Shown: positions 63,392-64,000 of the stretch, piece by piece | How the letters are laid out: each line of letters opens with the position of its first letter | Position numbering within the stretch: position 1 is the stretch's first letter | NCBI GenBank assembly: GCA_965637545.1 | Contig: OZ281497.1 | Coordinates: 22,134,001-22,198,000, forward strand | Length of the DNA: 64,000 nucleotides | Source: Phallusia mammillata | Taxonomy: Eukaryota | Direction: 5' to 3' | Notes under the pieces: generated by a model | Seen by the model: only the letters and a program-made list of their open reading frames with translations | Database searches by the model: none | What the model was told of the DNA's origin: nothing | Position numbers and translations under genes: made by a program

Positions 63392-63843
63392 CAAAGTATA
63401 TATAAAACAACAGTAGTCCAACGAATTGTTACGCGATAGAGCCTCATGGACACCATTTTGTGTCCGAAATAATACAGCAAGTATAAGGAAAAACACATAA
63501 TTTTTCTGATTTTTACAAACTGGTAAGCTTTAACGCGAATTTGATTCGCCAAATAAAATAAAACTTTTGGGCTCTTACATTTGAGCGTGATAAAGCACGC
63601 TGAATGCAAATATTTAAAGTTAACATGAAAATAAGCTTGTAATATTACGTTCAAATCTTAGAACCCGAAGTTTTTGTTGAATTTGGCAAATCAAATTCCC
63701 GTATAAGCACTACAGTTTATAAAAAATCAGACAATTTATATGTTATAATTGTGTACCCAGCGGATAATTTTGGACAGAGAATGGCTTCATAGACTTTATT
63801 GCGTAACAATGGGTTGGACAACTTGTGTTTCATATAAACTGTG
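63392..63843. mobile_element. 452-bp insertion with imperfect TIRs
   Basis: Absent from the paralog at ~58740. Ends caaagtatatat / rc cacagtttatat (10 of 12); flanks gttacgcc/gttatgcc. Confidence 0.7.
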
Positions 63844-64000
63844 GTTATGCCTATTTCTATTTTTGGATCAGGTGATGTTTTGTGACGTCACGCAGGTGAG
63901 GCACATGACTGGCGATCTGATGGTTGCCAAGTGTTTCTATTTAAAAACCTATAAAACAACAAAATACCAATTCGAAATCCTGTGTGACAATAATATTACA

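Overview
AT-rich animal genomic DNA with short GT-AG introns; there is no prokaryotic signature. An ascidian-like invertebrate chordate is my inference from intron sizes and the orphan 7TM type. The window has four zones. (1) 1-16.9 kb: one very large minus-strand gene, almost invisible in the ORF track. It encodes a probable signal peptide, a Thr/Ser/Pro mucin exon and a short linker, then at least 10 tandem VWA domains with intact MIDAS motifs. Each domain is a ~1.28-kb five-exon genomic repeat of 247 aa, and the gene runs off the left edge. (2) 17-44.5 kb: a mosaic of segmental duplications holding six paralogous loci (A-F) of an unrecognised three-coding-exon gene family. The products are ~90-135 aa, Cys-rich and hydrophobic, and diverge quickly. 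This zone also holds a decayed CACTA/EnSpm-like remnant and many hAT-type MITEs. (3) 44.5-50 kb: mostly MITEs. (4) 50-64 kb: a complete 11-exon class I Rab11-FIP gene (minus strand, 478 aa), an intronless orphan 7TM receptor-like gene, a 183-N gap and a second copy of the Rab11-FIP upstream region. No tRNA, rRNA or CRISPR array was recognised. The best candidate for an undescribed system is the small-membrane-protein cluster lying head-to-head with the VWA-mucin gene.
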